64,000 nucleotides of DNA, taken from NCBI GenBank assembly GCA_963816675.1, contig CAWFLS010000017.1:5831-69830 (forward strand), given 5' to 3'. Under the pieces are notes generated by a model. It was not told the DNA's origin. It ran no database searches and saw nothing but the letters and a program-made list of their open reading frames with translations. This document shows, in pieces, positions 27,212 to 38,771 of this stretch. The translations under genes and the position numbers were made by a program. The stretch's first letter is position 1. Every line of letters starts with the position of its first letter. This DNA comes from an uncultured Chloroflexia bacterium. Its GTDB lineage: Bacteria > Chloroflexota > Limnocylindria > Limnocylindrales > CSP1-4.

Positions 27212-29926
27212 ATGCAAGCGGTGCCCGCCGGCGGCGTCCGGGCGTTCATGTTCACTGACATCGAGGGCAGCACGCGGATCCTCACCAAGCTGGAGGATCG
27301 CTACACCGGGTGGCTGGCCGACCACCAACGCCTGATTCGGACGGCCCTCGCCGATCACGGCGGCATCGAGGTCTCGACGGAGGGCGACTCGTTCTTCGTC
27401 GTGTTCGATCAGACGGCCGCCGCCGTCGCTGCCGCCGCCGATATCCAGCGGTCACTGGCCGCCCACGCCTGGCCGCCCGGCGCCGTCTGCAGGGTCCGGA
27501 TCGGCGTCCATGTCGGCCAAGCTGTCGTGGCCGGCATGGATTACGTCGGCATCGATATCAATCGCGCGGCGCGAATCGCAGCCGCCGGCCATGGTGGACA
27601 GGTGCTTCTGTCGGACGAGGTCCGCTTCGCGGTCGCGGAGGATCTCCCGCCCGGCACCAGGCTCCACGACCTCGGGCGGCACCGCCTGAAGGATGTCGGC
27701 GCCATCCGGCTGTGGGAGCTCGAAGTCGACGGGCTGGACCACGAGTTCGGCCCGCTCCGCTCCCTCGAGGCACATCCCTCCAACCTGCCGATCGATACGA
27801 CGGCGCTGGTCGACCGCGAGCCGGAGACGGCCATCCTCCGACGGCTTGTCGTCGATGGCCCGCTCGTGACCGTCACCGGTCCGGGTGGCATAGGAAAGAG
27901 CCGGATTGCGATCCACGTAGCACGAGCACTGCTCGCCGAGTTCCCGGACGGCGTCTTTCACGTTGATCTCGCGGCGATCGACCGAGCGGAATCGGCGGCA
28001 GTCGAGCTCGGTGCGACACTCGGGTTGCGGGCGATGGTTGACGCCGACCCGATCGCCTCGGTCCAGGACGGTCTTCGGGAGCGCCACGCGCTGGTCGTCC
28101 TCGAGACCGTCGATCGGGTCGAAGGCATCGGGGATCTCATTTCCCGGCTCGTCGGTGCCTGTCCGCTGACGCGGTTCCTCGTGACGGCTCGGTCACCGCT
28201 CCACCTCCAGGCCGAACGGGAGCTATCGGTGGCGCCGCTCGCTAGCCCTCCGGTCGGTGCCGATCCGGAGGCTCGGCGGTCATCGCCGGCCGTCGCGCTG
28301 TTCGTCGATCGGGCTGCGGCGGTCGGTCTCGGCTTCCAGCCGTCGAACCAGGACCTCGATGTCGTAGGCGAGATCGTCCGCCGTCTCGACGGTGTCCCGC
28401 TCGCCATCGAACTCGCGGCTGCGCGGACGCGGACGCTCTCACCGGCAGCCCTGCTCGCCCGACTCGAGCGGGCGCTTACGCTCCTGGCGCGCGGACCCAT
28501 CGACGCGCCCGAGCGGCAGCGCGGTCTGCGCAACACCATCGCTTGGAGCTATCAGCTTCTCGACCGCCGCGAGCAGGTGGTGCTCCAGCGCCTCGCGGTG
28601 CTCTCCGGCGAATTCACAATCGACGCAGTCGAGGCGATCGCGAGCGATGCCGAGTCGTCGGCCAGCTTCGATGAGGATGTCGTGACATCGTTCGAGCACC
28701 TCGTGGACCGAAGTCTCGTCCAGCGCACTGGCACGACGGCCGACCGGACCTATCGCCTTCTGGGAACCATTCGCGAGTTCGCGCAGGACGAACTCGCGGC
28801 GAGCGGAGACGCGATCGGAGCGAGGTCCGCCCATGCGCGTTACGTCCTGGGCGTCCTCGCGCGCGAGGGAGGTGCCCTCGACGGCCCCGGGGAGACGGCG
28901 GCACTCCACGCACTAGATCGGGTGATCGCCGACGCGGCGGCCGCGATCGCTTTCGCGCTCGACCGTGAGGCCGCGCAGGAGGACGCCGCCGGCGCGACGG
29001 AACCCGAGCCGGCCGACGCGAGCCACCTGGCGCTGCGACTGTCGGTCGGTCTCGGGCGCTACTGGTACCTGCGTGGTCGCATCCAGGAAGGAGGCCGGTG
29101 GCTCGACCACGCGATCGCGGCCGACCCGGAGGCGCCGGAGCGGCTCCTCGGCGAGGCGCTGCACTGGAGCGGCGTCATGGCGGACGAACGGCGCGATGCC
29201 CTGACGGCGATCGAGCGATTCGAGCGGTCACTTGCGATCCAACGACGCCTCGACGACCGACGAGCGATCGCCCGTGAGCTCAACAGCCTCGGCGTCGTGT
29301 ATCGAAACGTGGGGCAGACCGATCGTGCCGCAGAGCTGCTTCGCGAGGCCCTCGAGCGGCGCCGGAACCTGGGCGAACCCGGCGGGATCGCAACCGTCCT
29401 GACCAACTCCGGCATCGTCGCCCTCGATCGGGACCGCCCCGATGAGGCGCGGAAACTGCTTGAGGAGGCACTCGACCTCGACCGTACGGCCGGGGCGACA
29501 GGCGGCACGGCGTATTCGTCCGCGGCCCTTGGTGCAGCGCTCCTGGGGCTGGGCCGACGCGACGAAGCGATCACCCTCCTCGAGTACGCGCTGGCCGTCT
29601 TCGCCGACCTCGACGATGGCGACGGTGTCGCGGAGAGTCTCGAACGCCTCGCGGAGGCGACGTTTCCGGACGATCCCGGTCGGGCCGCGCGACTGCTCTT
29701 CGCCGCGGCAGCGATCCGCCAACGTGAGAGCGCCATGCTCCGCGGGGTAGACCAAGCCCGGCTGGACGCGCTCACCGCGACGATCACCGGCGCAGTCGAG
29801 GCGGAGGTGCTCCAGGCTGCCATGGCCGATGGGCGGGCGATGGATATCGCGTCGGCCGTCGCCTTCGCCGGCGTTGGAAACTTCGCGGGGAGCGCTGCGC
29901 TGAAAACCGACCGGGACACGCGGTAG
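27212..29926 (+). CDS. class III adenylate/guanylate cyclase domain fused to an NB-ARC/AAA STAND ATPase and C-terminal TPR repeats
   Basis: Cyclase: RAFMFTDIEGSTRI..EGDSFFVVF..RIGVHVGQ..GIDINRAARI. P-loop: VTVTGPGGIGKSRIA. Walker B-like: HALVVLETVD. Also ..DGVPLAIELAAAR.. and TPR-like helices (ARELNSLGVVYRNVGQTDRAAELLREALERRR..). 904 aa, uninterrupted. No C-terminal LuxR HTH was seen. Confidence 0.85.
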   Translation: MQAVPAGGVRAFMFTDIEGSTRILTKLEDRYTGWLADHQRLIRTALADHGGIEVSTEGDSFFVVFDQTAAAVAAAADIQRSLAAHAWPPGAVCRVRIGVHVGQAVVAGMDYVGIDINRAARIAAAGHGGQVLLSDEVRFAVAEDLPPGTRLHDLGRHRLKDVGAIRLWELEVDGLDHEFGPLRSLEAHPSNLPIDTTALVDREPETAILRRLVVDGPLVTVTGPGGIGKSRIAIHVARALLAEFPDGVFHVDLAAIDRAESAAVELGATLGLRAMVDADPIASVQDGLRERHALVVLETVDRVEGIGDLISRLVGACPLTRFLVTARSPLHLQAERELSVAPLASPPVGADPEARRSSPAVALFVDRAAAVGLGFQPSNQDLDVVGEIVRRLDGVPLAIELAAARTRTLSPAALLARLERALTLLARGPIDAPERQRGLRNTIAWSYQLLDRREQVVLQRLAVLSGEFTIDAVEAIASDAESSASFDEDVVTSFEHLVDRSLVQRTGTTADRTYRLLGTIREFAQDELAASGDAIGARSAHARYVLGVLAREGGALDGPGETAALHALDRVIADAAAAIAFALDREAAQEDAAGATEPEPADASHLALRLSVGLGRYWYLRGRIQEGGRWLDHAIAADPEAPERLLGEALHWSGVMADERRDALTAIERFERSLAIQRRLDDRRAIARELNSLGVVYRNVGQTDRAAELLREALERRRNLGEPGGIATVLTNSGIVALDRDRPDEARKLLEEALDLDRTAGATGGTAYSSAALGAALLGLGRRDEAITLLEYALAVFADLDDGDGVAESLERLAEATFPDDPGRAARLLFAAAAIRQRESAMLRGVDQARLDALTATITGAVEAEVLQAAMADGRAMDIASAVAFAGVGNFAGSAALKTDRDTR

Positions 29927-30012
29927 GGCATTTCGGGCCGATAGGCCCATGTGCGCGCCCCGACCGAAGCCAAGACTTGAGTCAGGCGTCCCGTAGGTAT
30001 AGGAGGCCCACC

Positions 30013-30463
30013 ATGCACGTCGTGATCCTGTGCGATTCGAAGTTCGGCAACACGAAGCGCCTCGCCGAGGCCATGGAGACCGCGTTGAGCGTCAGCCACG
30101 ACGTGGAACTGCGAGCTCCCGCTGACGGTCTGCCGGACGTCGCGGCCATCGACTTCCTGCTCGTCGGCGGCCCGACCCACGCTCACGGCGCCTCGGCGCC
30201 GCTCAAGACGACGCTAGCGGCCCTGCCGAAGGGGTCGCTCGCGGGCGCCTCGACGGCGACGTTCGACACGCGGTTGGACATGGCGAAGATCCTGACCGGG
30301 TCAGCGGCTGGTTCGGCGGAGAAGCTGCTCAAGCGCGCCGGCGCGACATCGGTTGCGCCTCCCGAAAGCTTCTTCGTGTCACGCGAGGACCCGCCGACAC
30401 TGGCGCGCGGGCGAGCTCGAGCGAGCGGCCGCGTGGGCGCGCGAGGTGGTGACCGCCGTCTGA
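30013..30463 (+). CDS. flavodoxin family protein; one frame break near the 3' end
   Basis: AGGAGG at 30001-30006 precedes the ATG at 30013. Sequence is MHVVILCDSKFGNTKRLAEAME... After ..PPTLARG the natural ending ELERAAAWAREVVTAV* (stop 30461-30463) is reached only if the G-run 30409-30411 is one base shorter. Confidence 0.75.
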
Positions 30464-30482
30464 CGCCTTGCGCGGGACGCGG

Positions 30483-31190
30483 TCAGCAGCCCGTCTTGAC
30501 CGTCAACGCGCCGCCGCCGGCATCGGGGGCTTGGTCGCCGGCCGTCGCGCCGGCACGTGTTCGCGTGCTCGACGCCGCGATGGAAACGGTCGACGGGCAA
30601 CCAACGGCATCGAGCGCCAGGCTCAGCGTCACGCTCGCCGCCGGTAAGTCCGGCAGTGCCGGGAAAGTCGGCGCCCTCGAATCGGTGGCCCGTGGCGACG
30701 TCGGTGAGGACCGGCCGGAACCCGCCCTCGGGTACGTTCTCGAGCGCGGCCACGGCATCGGCGACGCCGTCACCGTCCGTGTCGAGGCCGATCTCGTATC
30801 GGACGGTGCCGACGGTGACGGTGCTGGCCGGCAGTGCCGAGGCAAGCGTCATCGAAAGGTCGAGGGTGCCCGGATGCGTTCGTGCCTCGACGCCGATGAT
30901 GTCGAGGTAGCCAGGCTCGGCATCTCCGACGGGGTCCGAGATGACCGCACTTGCCTGGCTGGATGCTGAATGACCCGGCGAGATCGAGGGGCTGGTCGGC
31001 GCGGGGCGGCCACCGCGGCCGACGGACGAGAGCCGACGGAACCGCGGACGCTGCGGTCACAGCCGTCGCCTCGTTCGATGTCGGTGTCGTGCCGGAGGCT
31101 TGTGACGGTGGCGCTGCAGCCTGCGATCGTGAGGACCGCGACGAACGCCACGCCCGTCACACCGTTGAGCCGAGTGCGCGTCCGTGGCAT
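30483..31190 (-). CDS. putative lipoprotein, hypothetical; >=2 frame breaks
   Basis: Signal and lipobox: MPRTRTRLNGVTGVAFVAVLTIAGCS. The body is in other frames: ..AVISDPVGDAEPGYLDIIGVEARTHPGTLDLSMTLASALPASTVTVGTVRYEIGLDTDGDGVADAV.. | ..LPAASVTLSLALDAVGCPSTVSIAASS..GGGALTVKTGC*. Confidence 0.55.
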
Positions 31191-31293
31191 GCGAGGAAGG
31201 ATGGCGCGATTTGGCGTATCGCGCCGAAAACGAGAGTGGGGACGGATCGCTCCGTCCCCACTCGTTGACCTGCGTTGGCCGTGACCCGACGGG

Positions 31294-34200
31294 TTACGGT
31301 CCGAAGAAGGTGAAGACGCGGCTCGTCAGGTCGGCCTTCTGCGCGGCCGTCCCGTACGCCTCGAGCGGGAAGGCCAGGAAGACGACCTTGTAGGTACCCG
31401 GCGAAGGTCAGCGCGTCCGTCTGCGCGCCTGGTGTCGTCGGTGAAGGCGGGCGTGCGCCGGGCTGATCGGCGTGATCTGGTCCTCGAACTCGGCGCCGAG
31501 GACGCTGTGGTCGAGCGGCACGGTGCCGATGCCGTCGGTCACCGGGTTGCCGGCGACGCTCGTGACGTGCTCGGTGCCCTTGTCGTTCTGGGCCTCGGTG
31601 CCATCCCAGTCGATGTGCAGGTAGTCATGGACGAAGTCGGTCGTCCCGGCGCCCTGGTCGAGGATGTCCTGGCCGGACATGAACAGGTCGTCCGCCGCCG
31701 TCGAGGAAGGCGGTGAGCTCGCTCTCGTATGGCCCGAGCGGTGCCGGATACGAGTTGCCGGTGAACCAGACGACGTTCGTGTGGGCCTTGAGGTACGCCG
31801 CCGGCAGGACCGGGTCGGTGCCGAGATCCCAGATGTCGAACGACTGGCCGGCCGCCGTGAGCGCGGCCGTGTAGTAGACCTGGACGTCCGGGTTCGTTGT
31901 TGTCGTTGTCGACGAGGAGCGTGGCGACGGTGACGGCGATCGTCGTTGACCGTCGCGCTGTCGCTGACCGACGGATCGCCGGTCGATGTCGCGGTCACGT
32001 GTCGTCGTGTCGGTCGCCGCGTTGGCGGCGCCGGCCGGGACGTCCGACCCGGACGCAGACGTCGCCGCGCTGTCGCCAGAGGCGACGGTGATCGAGCTGA
32101 TCGGCGACGCGCACGTCGCGTCGAGGACGGTCGCCGGGAAGGTGCCCGGTCGCGGCGAGCGTGTAGGTGTCGTCGTTGGCGCTGATGTTCTCGACGTGGA
32201 TGGTGTAGGTCGACCGAGCCGCCGGCGGTTGCGCCGTCGGTCTGGCTGTCGGGCGTGAGCTCGACGCCGTGAACGGCGGCGCGATCGGCGTCACGTGGGC
32301 GCTGCCGGTCGTGCCGATGCCCTGCGGCCGAGGTGACCGTGAGCCCGTCGTCGACGATCGAGGCGACCTTCGCGCCGAGGTTCGGCTTGATGGTGACCGA
32401 GAAGTGGACATCGACGCTCGTCGCCCGCGGCGATGGTCAGGCCGCTCCAGGTGACCTTGCCGGCTTGGCGATAGGTCGCCGCCGTCACCGGCGGACGTGA
32501 AGGTCGTGTTGTGCCGGGATCGGGTCGGTGATCGTCACGCCGGTGGCGCGGCGGCGTTGCCGATGTTGTGCGACGCGTGATGGTGTAGTCGATCCGGCTG
32601 CCGGCCGCCGACCGGGACGCCGGCGTCGGTCTTGCTGACGACGAGGGCCGGCACGGTCGCGGCGTCATGCATGCGGCCAGGCGCCGCGGCCGTGGGTGCC
32701 GGCGGCGAGGTTGCGGTTGGCCGGGTCGAGGTTGAGCTGCCAGATCTCGACGGTCGGGAAGCCGGTCCCGAGCGGCTGCCAGCTCTGGCCGCCGTTGTAG
32801 GTCACGAACGGGCCGACGTCGGTGCCGGCATAGATGGTGTTCGGATAGCTCGCGTCGAGCTGGAGCGAGTTGACCGGCGCGTCCGGGATGTTCGAGCTGA
32901 TGTCCTTCCAGTGCTTGCCGCCGTCGGTCGTCTTGAAGACGTGGCCCGGCCGGCTCGGGGTGGAGGCGTTGAAGCCGTTGAACGCGGCATAGGCGATCCG
33001 GTCGTTCGACCGGTCGACCGCGAAGTCGCTGACGGGGCGGTTCGGGAAGATGTTCTTGCCGACCCGGGTCCAGGTCGGGTTGCGGTTCGTGACCGCGTCC
33101 GGGCTGGTCCAGACCCAGCCTTCGAGGGTGCCGGCGTAGACGCCGTCGCCGCCGCTCGAGACGCCGATCGCGCTGAGGACGCAGCCGCGTGCGCCGTTCG
33201 GAGCGCCGCCGGTGCAGCCCGACGTCAGGTCGGGGCTGATGGCGTGCCAGTGGACGGCCGCGGCCGGTCGCCGCCTTGGCGTTGTCGGTCCGGTAGACCC
33301 GGTACGTGCCAAGGAACAGCTGGTTCGGGTTGCCCTGGTTCATGATCTCGGGGACGTAGAACTCGGACCGGTCCGAGAGGTCGATGCCGTTGGTGATGAA
33401 CGAGTTCGAGAAGAACGACGGCGCCGCCGTCGGTGTTGCGGTACGGGCTGATGCCGAAGTAGTTGCCGTAGACGAAGTTGGCGTCGGTCGGGTTCGACGA
33501 GGACCTGGCCGCCGTCGCCGCTCTCGACGTCGAACCAGCTGTTGCTGGCGGTCGACTTGCGGAGCGTGCCGTTGTCCTGGGTGCCGCCCCACACCCGGGC
33601 CGGGACGGTCGGGACGTTGGCGATGCTGGTGAACTGGGTGATGCGCAGGCCCGTCCGATGGGTGACCGCGGCCGTGGTCGGGTCGACCGTCCCGTTGAGG
33701 TTCTGCCAGTCGTTCTGCGTCGACCGGGTCGCCGGCGCCGAGCCGACCGCCCATGTCCTCCGAGTACCAGACGCCGCCGTCGCTGCCGATCAGGACGTGC
33801 GACGGTGTCGGCCGGGTCGATGGCGATCGCGTGGTAGTCGGGATGGAGGTCGCAGCCGAGGTCCTTCCACGTCTGGCCGCCATCGGTCGAGCGGAAGACG
33901 CCGCCCGAGCCGGTGCCGTAGTTGAACAGGCCGAGGGCGTACACGATGTCGCTGTTGGTCGGGTCGACGCCGATGACGTTGTCGTAGAAGCACTGCGTGC
34001 CGCAGTAGTCGGCGATGTCGTCGCCGCCCGGTGCGCCGTGCGGCAGGAGCTGCCACGCACCGCCGTCGACGGACTTCCAGATCTGCGACGGCTGATCCTC
34101 GCCGTCGATCGTCCACTCGAAGCCCGCGTAGAGCACCGACGCGTGACCGGCCGGATGCGAGATGCCGAGCGCGAACCGGGTGCCGCCGCCGGTCCCGAAG

Positions 34201-35271
34201 GTGGCGTTGGCCGGGATGCCGGCCATGAACTTGGCCCAGTGCTTGCCGCCGTCGGTCGAGCGGTAGATCGCGTCGCCCCAGAACGAGGCGTACAGCATGT
34301 TCGGGTTGCTGCGGATCGACCACGATGTCGGTCGCGCCGTGGAGCTCGTTCTTGACGTTGCATGAGGTTCTTCCAGGTTCGCGCCGCCGTTCTTCGACTC
34401 CCAGATGCCGTACTTCGACGTATCGGGCGGGGTCTGGCGTCGGCTGCCGGCGCGGCCGCGGATGACGGCGGCCCACAGGTGGTTCGGCGTTCGTCGGGTC
34501 GATGGCGATCTTGGAGATCGAGACGCCGGTGAAGGTGTCACCACCGATCGGCGCCCAGTGGATCCCGCCGTCGGTCGACTTCAGGAACCCGTGACCGAAG
34601 TAGCTGTCGCCCGAGAGGTTGCCCTCGCCGGTCCCGGCGTAGACGATCGTTGTCGTTGACGGCGCGATGGCGATGGCGCCCGATCGACAGCGTCGTCTGG
34701 TTGTCGGTGCGCGGGGTCCACGTACCGGTGGCCTCGTCGTACGTCCAGATGCCGCCCTGCGCGGCGCCGAGGATCTTCAGGCCGTTGCTCGGGCGGATCG
34801 CCAGCGCGCTGACGCGTCCGGAGACTGCGTAGAAGCTGTTGCTGCCGCGGGTGACCTGGACGATCGGGTCGGGGCTGATCTCGGTCCATGGCACCGTTGA
34901 AGGTGACCGGAGAGATCGGCGGCTTCGTCTTCTTGAGCGCCTTGCGCGGCCGTTGGCCGCCGCGCCACGATGCCCGGCCGCCTGATCGATCGAGAGCTTC
35001 TTGTCGCCGGCGGTCCGGCGGGTGTGATCGCGTCGTCCTGCTTGAGGAGACCCTCGTCCTCGTCCTCTTCCTGGCCCTCGAGCGGCTCTTCTCGTGCGCG
35101 TGCCCGGGGTCGACCTCCGGGTCGCCACCGCCCGGTGGGGACCTGATACGCCGTCGATCCCAGAGGACCCGCCGCCGCGACTGAGCCGGGGAAGAGCGAC
35201 AGTACGATGGCAACGGTGCTGAGCGCGACGATCCAACGACGGCGCACGCCGACCGGGCCTTGATGGCGCAT
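31294..35271 (-). pseudogene. giant secreted BNR/Asp-box (sialidase/sortilin-type beta-propeller) repeat protein with DUF11-like and C-terminal domains; well over ten frame breaks
   Basis: Signal peptide MRHQGPVGVRRRWIVALSTVAIVLSLFPGSVAAAG. Asp-box repeats are scattered over all three frames: KSTDGGIHW, RSTDGGKHW, KSVDGGAW, RSTDGGQTW, GSDGGVWYS, RNTDGG, KTTDGGKHW, YNGGQSW. DUF11-like part: ..SKTDAG..IDYTIT. C-terminal piece: TYKVVFLAFPLEAYGTAAQKADLTSRVFTFFGP* (stop at 31294). Confidence 0.75.
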
Positions 35272-35362
35272 GGACGGACCCTCCCAGATTCGAGCAAAGG
35301 CACGCTCAGCGGGTCGGCGGGGTGCGGGGGCCGGCGAGCTGACGCGTGCTCCGAAGACCGGG

Positions 35363-35392
35363 ATTATCGCAACGCGACCTCTCCGAAGTCCA
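35363..35392 (-). promoter_or_regulatory. candidate sigma70-type promoter upstream of the BNR gene
   Basis: On the minus strand TGGACT-N18-GATAAT lies ~90 nt upstream of the ATG at 35271. This is a pattern match only. Confidence 0.25.
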
Positions 35393-35530
35393 CCCTTCCG
35401 GACAGTTCTGACACGGCTCTGTAATGCAAATGCGCGCTTACGGGACTGGCGACTCCGAGATTCCGGTGCCCACGTGCACCACTCGGCGCCAGCGACTTCC
35501 CTTCGGCGTGTCTAGGCTCGCTTGCCCGCG

Positions 35531-36740
35531 TCAGGTGCCAGACAGGACCTGTCCGACGACCGCCGCGACGGCGATCACAAGGACGACCGGGACCCGGCGT
35601 GAAACGAGAGCACCAAGCGCGGCCACGGCAAGAACGACATCGACCGGCGCTTCGATCGCCGATGTCCACACCGGCGTCACGAGCGCCGCGAGGAGGAGGC
35701 CGACGACCGCGGCGTTGGTGCCGGCCAGGGCCCGTCGCGTCCCTTCCGATCGACGGAGGACGTCCCAGAAGGGGAGGGCCGCGAACACGAGCAGGAACGA
35801 GGGCAGGAAGATCGCGATCACGCGCGAGCGCCGCGCCCGGGATACCCGACGGCGACCCGCCGGACACGGCGCCGAGGTACCCCGCGAAGGTGAAGAGCGG
35901 GCCCGGAACGGCCTGGGCGGCGCCGTACCCGGCGAGGAACCGGTCATCGCTGACCCAACCGGGATCGACAACCGTGGCATGGAGCAGCGGCAGGACGACA
36001 TGGCCGCCGCCGAACACCAGCGAGCCGGCCCGGTAGTACGCATCGATGAACGCGACGCGCGTGGTCGTCGCCGCCGGCCCGGACGAGCCCGAGCCCGACG
36101 AGCAGACCGCCGAACAGGACCAGGCAGGCGATGCCGACCTGGCGCGAGATGGGACTTCGGATCGCGGTAGTGACAGCCGCCGGGGCGCGCGCCACGAGGA
36201 ACCAGCCGGCGATCGCCGCCGCCGACGATGATCGCAAGCTGGGCCAATGGGATGGTCCACGCGAGGGCGGCGACGGTCGCGGCCGCGGCGAGCAACCGCC
36301 GCGGCCAGTCCGGTGTCAGCGACCGCGACATCTGGAAGACCGCCTGCGCCACCACTGCGACCGTTGCGACCTTGAGGCCGTGGACCCAGCCGGCCTCCGA
36401 GACGTCCACGGGGCCCGTCAGCAGCGCGAAGGCGACCAACGCCGCTGCGGACGGGAGCGTGAATCCGAGCCACGCCGCGAGTCCGCCGGCCATCCCGGCG
36501 CGGAGCGTTCCGATCGCGATGCCGAGCTGGCTGCTGGCCGGGCCTGGGAGCGACTGGCACAGCGCCACCAGGTCGCCGAACGTCGACTCGTCGAGCCACG
36601 CCCGGCGTTCCACGTATTCCCCCCGGAAGTACCCGATATGGGCGATCGGACCACCGAACGAGGTGAGCCCCAGCCGCAGGGCAGCCGAGAAGACCTCGAC
36701 GACCGATCCCGGTCGAGCCGCCTGTCCGGGCGTCGGCGCC
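35531..36740 (-). CDS. chrA: chromate transporter ChrA family; >=3 frame breaks, start codon not identifiable
   Basis: Two CHR halves: ..[34 protein letters not shown].. and ..[57 protein letters not shown].., then ..[27 protein letters not shown]. Pieces lie in ORFs 35531..37702, 35944..36237 and 35364..36848. Confidence 0.75.
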
Positions 36741-36741
36741 G

Positions 36742-38771
36742 TCAGGAGGCCTCGTCGAGAGCGGCCGCGAACTGGCTCTGGTACAGGTCGGCGTAGAAGC
36801 CGCCGCGCGCCAGCAGTGCGTCGTGGGTGCCCTGTTCCACGATCGCACCGCGGTCCATCACGAGGATCGTGTTGGCGTCGCGGATGGTCGAGAGCCGGTG
36901 GGCGATGACGAACGACGTCCGGCCCCGCATCAGCCGGGCCATCGCGCGCTGGATCAGCACCTCGGTGCGGGTGTCGACCGAGCTGGTCGCTTCGTCGAGG
37001 ATGAGGATCGTGGGATCGGCGAGGAACGCCCGGGCGATCGTCAGCAGCTGCTTCTCGCCGGCCGAGACGCTCGTTGCGTCGTCGTCGATGACCGTGTCGT
37101 AGCCCGTCGGGGAGTGTCCGCACGAAGTGGTCGACGTGGGCGGCTTCGGCCGCGGCCACGATCTCGTCCTCGGTGGCGCCCTCGCGGCCGTACGCGATGT
37201 TCTCGCGGATGGTGCCGTGGAACAGCCAGGTGTCCTGGAGCACCATCCCGAAGGTGTGGCGCAGGTCGTCGCGCGTCAGGTCGCGCGTGTCGACCCCATC
37301 GACCGTTATCCGACCGCCGTCGACGTCGTAGAACCGCATCAGCAGGTTGACGAGCGTCGTCTTGCCGGCGCCGGTCGGCCCGACGATTGCGACCGTCTCG
37401 CCGGCGTCGGCGATGAGGTCGAGGTGCTCGATGAGCGGCACGCCGCGCTCGTATCGGAACGACACGTCCTCGAATGTCACGGCCCCACGCGCTGCCGGCA
37501 GCAGGTGCGGCGCCGACGGGATCCGGGATCTCCTCGGCCTCGTCGAGCAGCTCGAACACGCGTTCGGCGGATGCCGCGGCCGACTGGAGGACGTTGGCGA
37601 TGCTCGCGGTCTGGATGATCGGAAACGAGAACTGGCGCGAATACGAGATGAACGCGATGACGTCGCCGAGCGACATCTGGCCCGACGCGACGCGCAGCCC
37701 ACCGATGACCGCGATCGCCACGTAGTTGAGGTTGGCGATGAAGTTCAGCGCCGGCTGGATGATGCCGCTGATGAACTGCGCCCGGTAGCTCGCCTCGTAC
37801 AGCTTGTCGTTCTCCTCGGCGAAGCGCTCGATCGCCTCTTCCTGGCGGCCGAAGAGCTTGACGATGGCGTGCCCGGTATGCATCTCCTCGACGTGGCCGT
37901 TGAGCGTTCCCGTCGTTGCCCATTGGGCGACGAATTCCTTCTGGGAACGGCCCGCGATGACGACGGTGACTGCGATCGACACCGGGACGCTGAGCAGCGA
38001 GATCACGGCGAGGATCGGGCTGATCGTGAACATCATGATCAGGACGCCGATGACGGTCAGCAACGACGTGATGAGCTGGGTCAGGCTCTGCTGGAGCGTC
38101 TGCCCGATGTTGTCGATGTCGTTCGTGACCCGGCTCAGCAGGTCGCCACGGGCGTGCGAGTCGAAGTAGCGCAGTGGCAGGCGCGCGAGCTTCTCGTCGA
38201 CATCGCGGCGCAGCCGGTAGACGGTCCGCTGGGTCACCCCGGTCATGATCCAGGCCTGTCCCCACGAGAAGATCGAGCTCAGGAGATAGACCCCGGTCAG
38301 CAGCGCAAGGATCCGTGCCAGGGCAGCGAAGTCAACGCCCTGCCCGGGAGTCACCGTCATGCTCGCCAGCATGTCGGCGAGCTGCGTCTGACCGCTGGCG
38401 CGCAGCCCGGCGATCGCCTGCTCCTGGGTGACCCCGGCCGGGATCTGCTGCCCGATGACGCCGTCGAAGATCACGTTGGTCGCGTCGCCGAGGATCTTCG
38501 GGCCAAGGATGGCGAAGAAGACGCTGACTACCGCGAGTCCGATGACCAGAACGATGAGCGGAGCCTCCGGGCGGAGGCGGCCGAGCAGGCGGCCGAACGA
38601 CGCCCGGAAGTTCTTCGACTTCTCGCCGGTGCCCATCGACATGCCCATCATGCCCGGGCCGCGTCGGGGTCCCGGGCCGCCGGGACCGGGGCGGCCCATC
38701 CCGGAGGCGGCTCCGCCCGACGGGCCGCCCGGCGCTCCGCCTGTCGCTCCCCCCGGCCGGGGCCCGCTCAC
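36742..38771 (-). CDS. ABC transporter permease/ATPase (type I exporter half-transporter) with Gly/Pro-rich N-terminal extension; 2-3 frame breaks in the ATPase part
   Basis: The GTG start is in a GTGA overlap with the upstream ABC stop. The TMD is intact (..[27 protein letters not shown]..). Walker [10 protein letters not shown], signature VSAGEKQL, Walker [10 protein letters not shown] and ..[34 protein letters not shown] are spread over three frames (breaks near 37520 and 37110). Confidence 0.8.
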
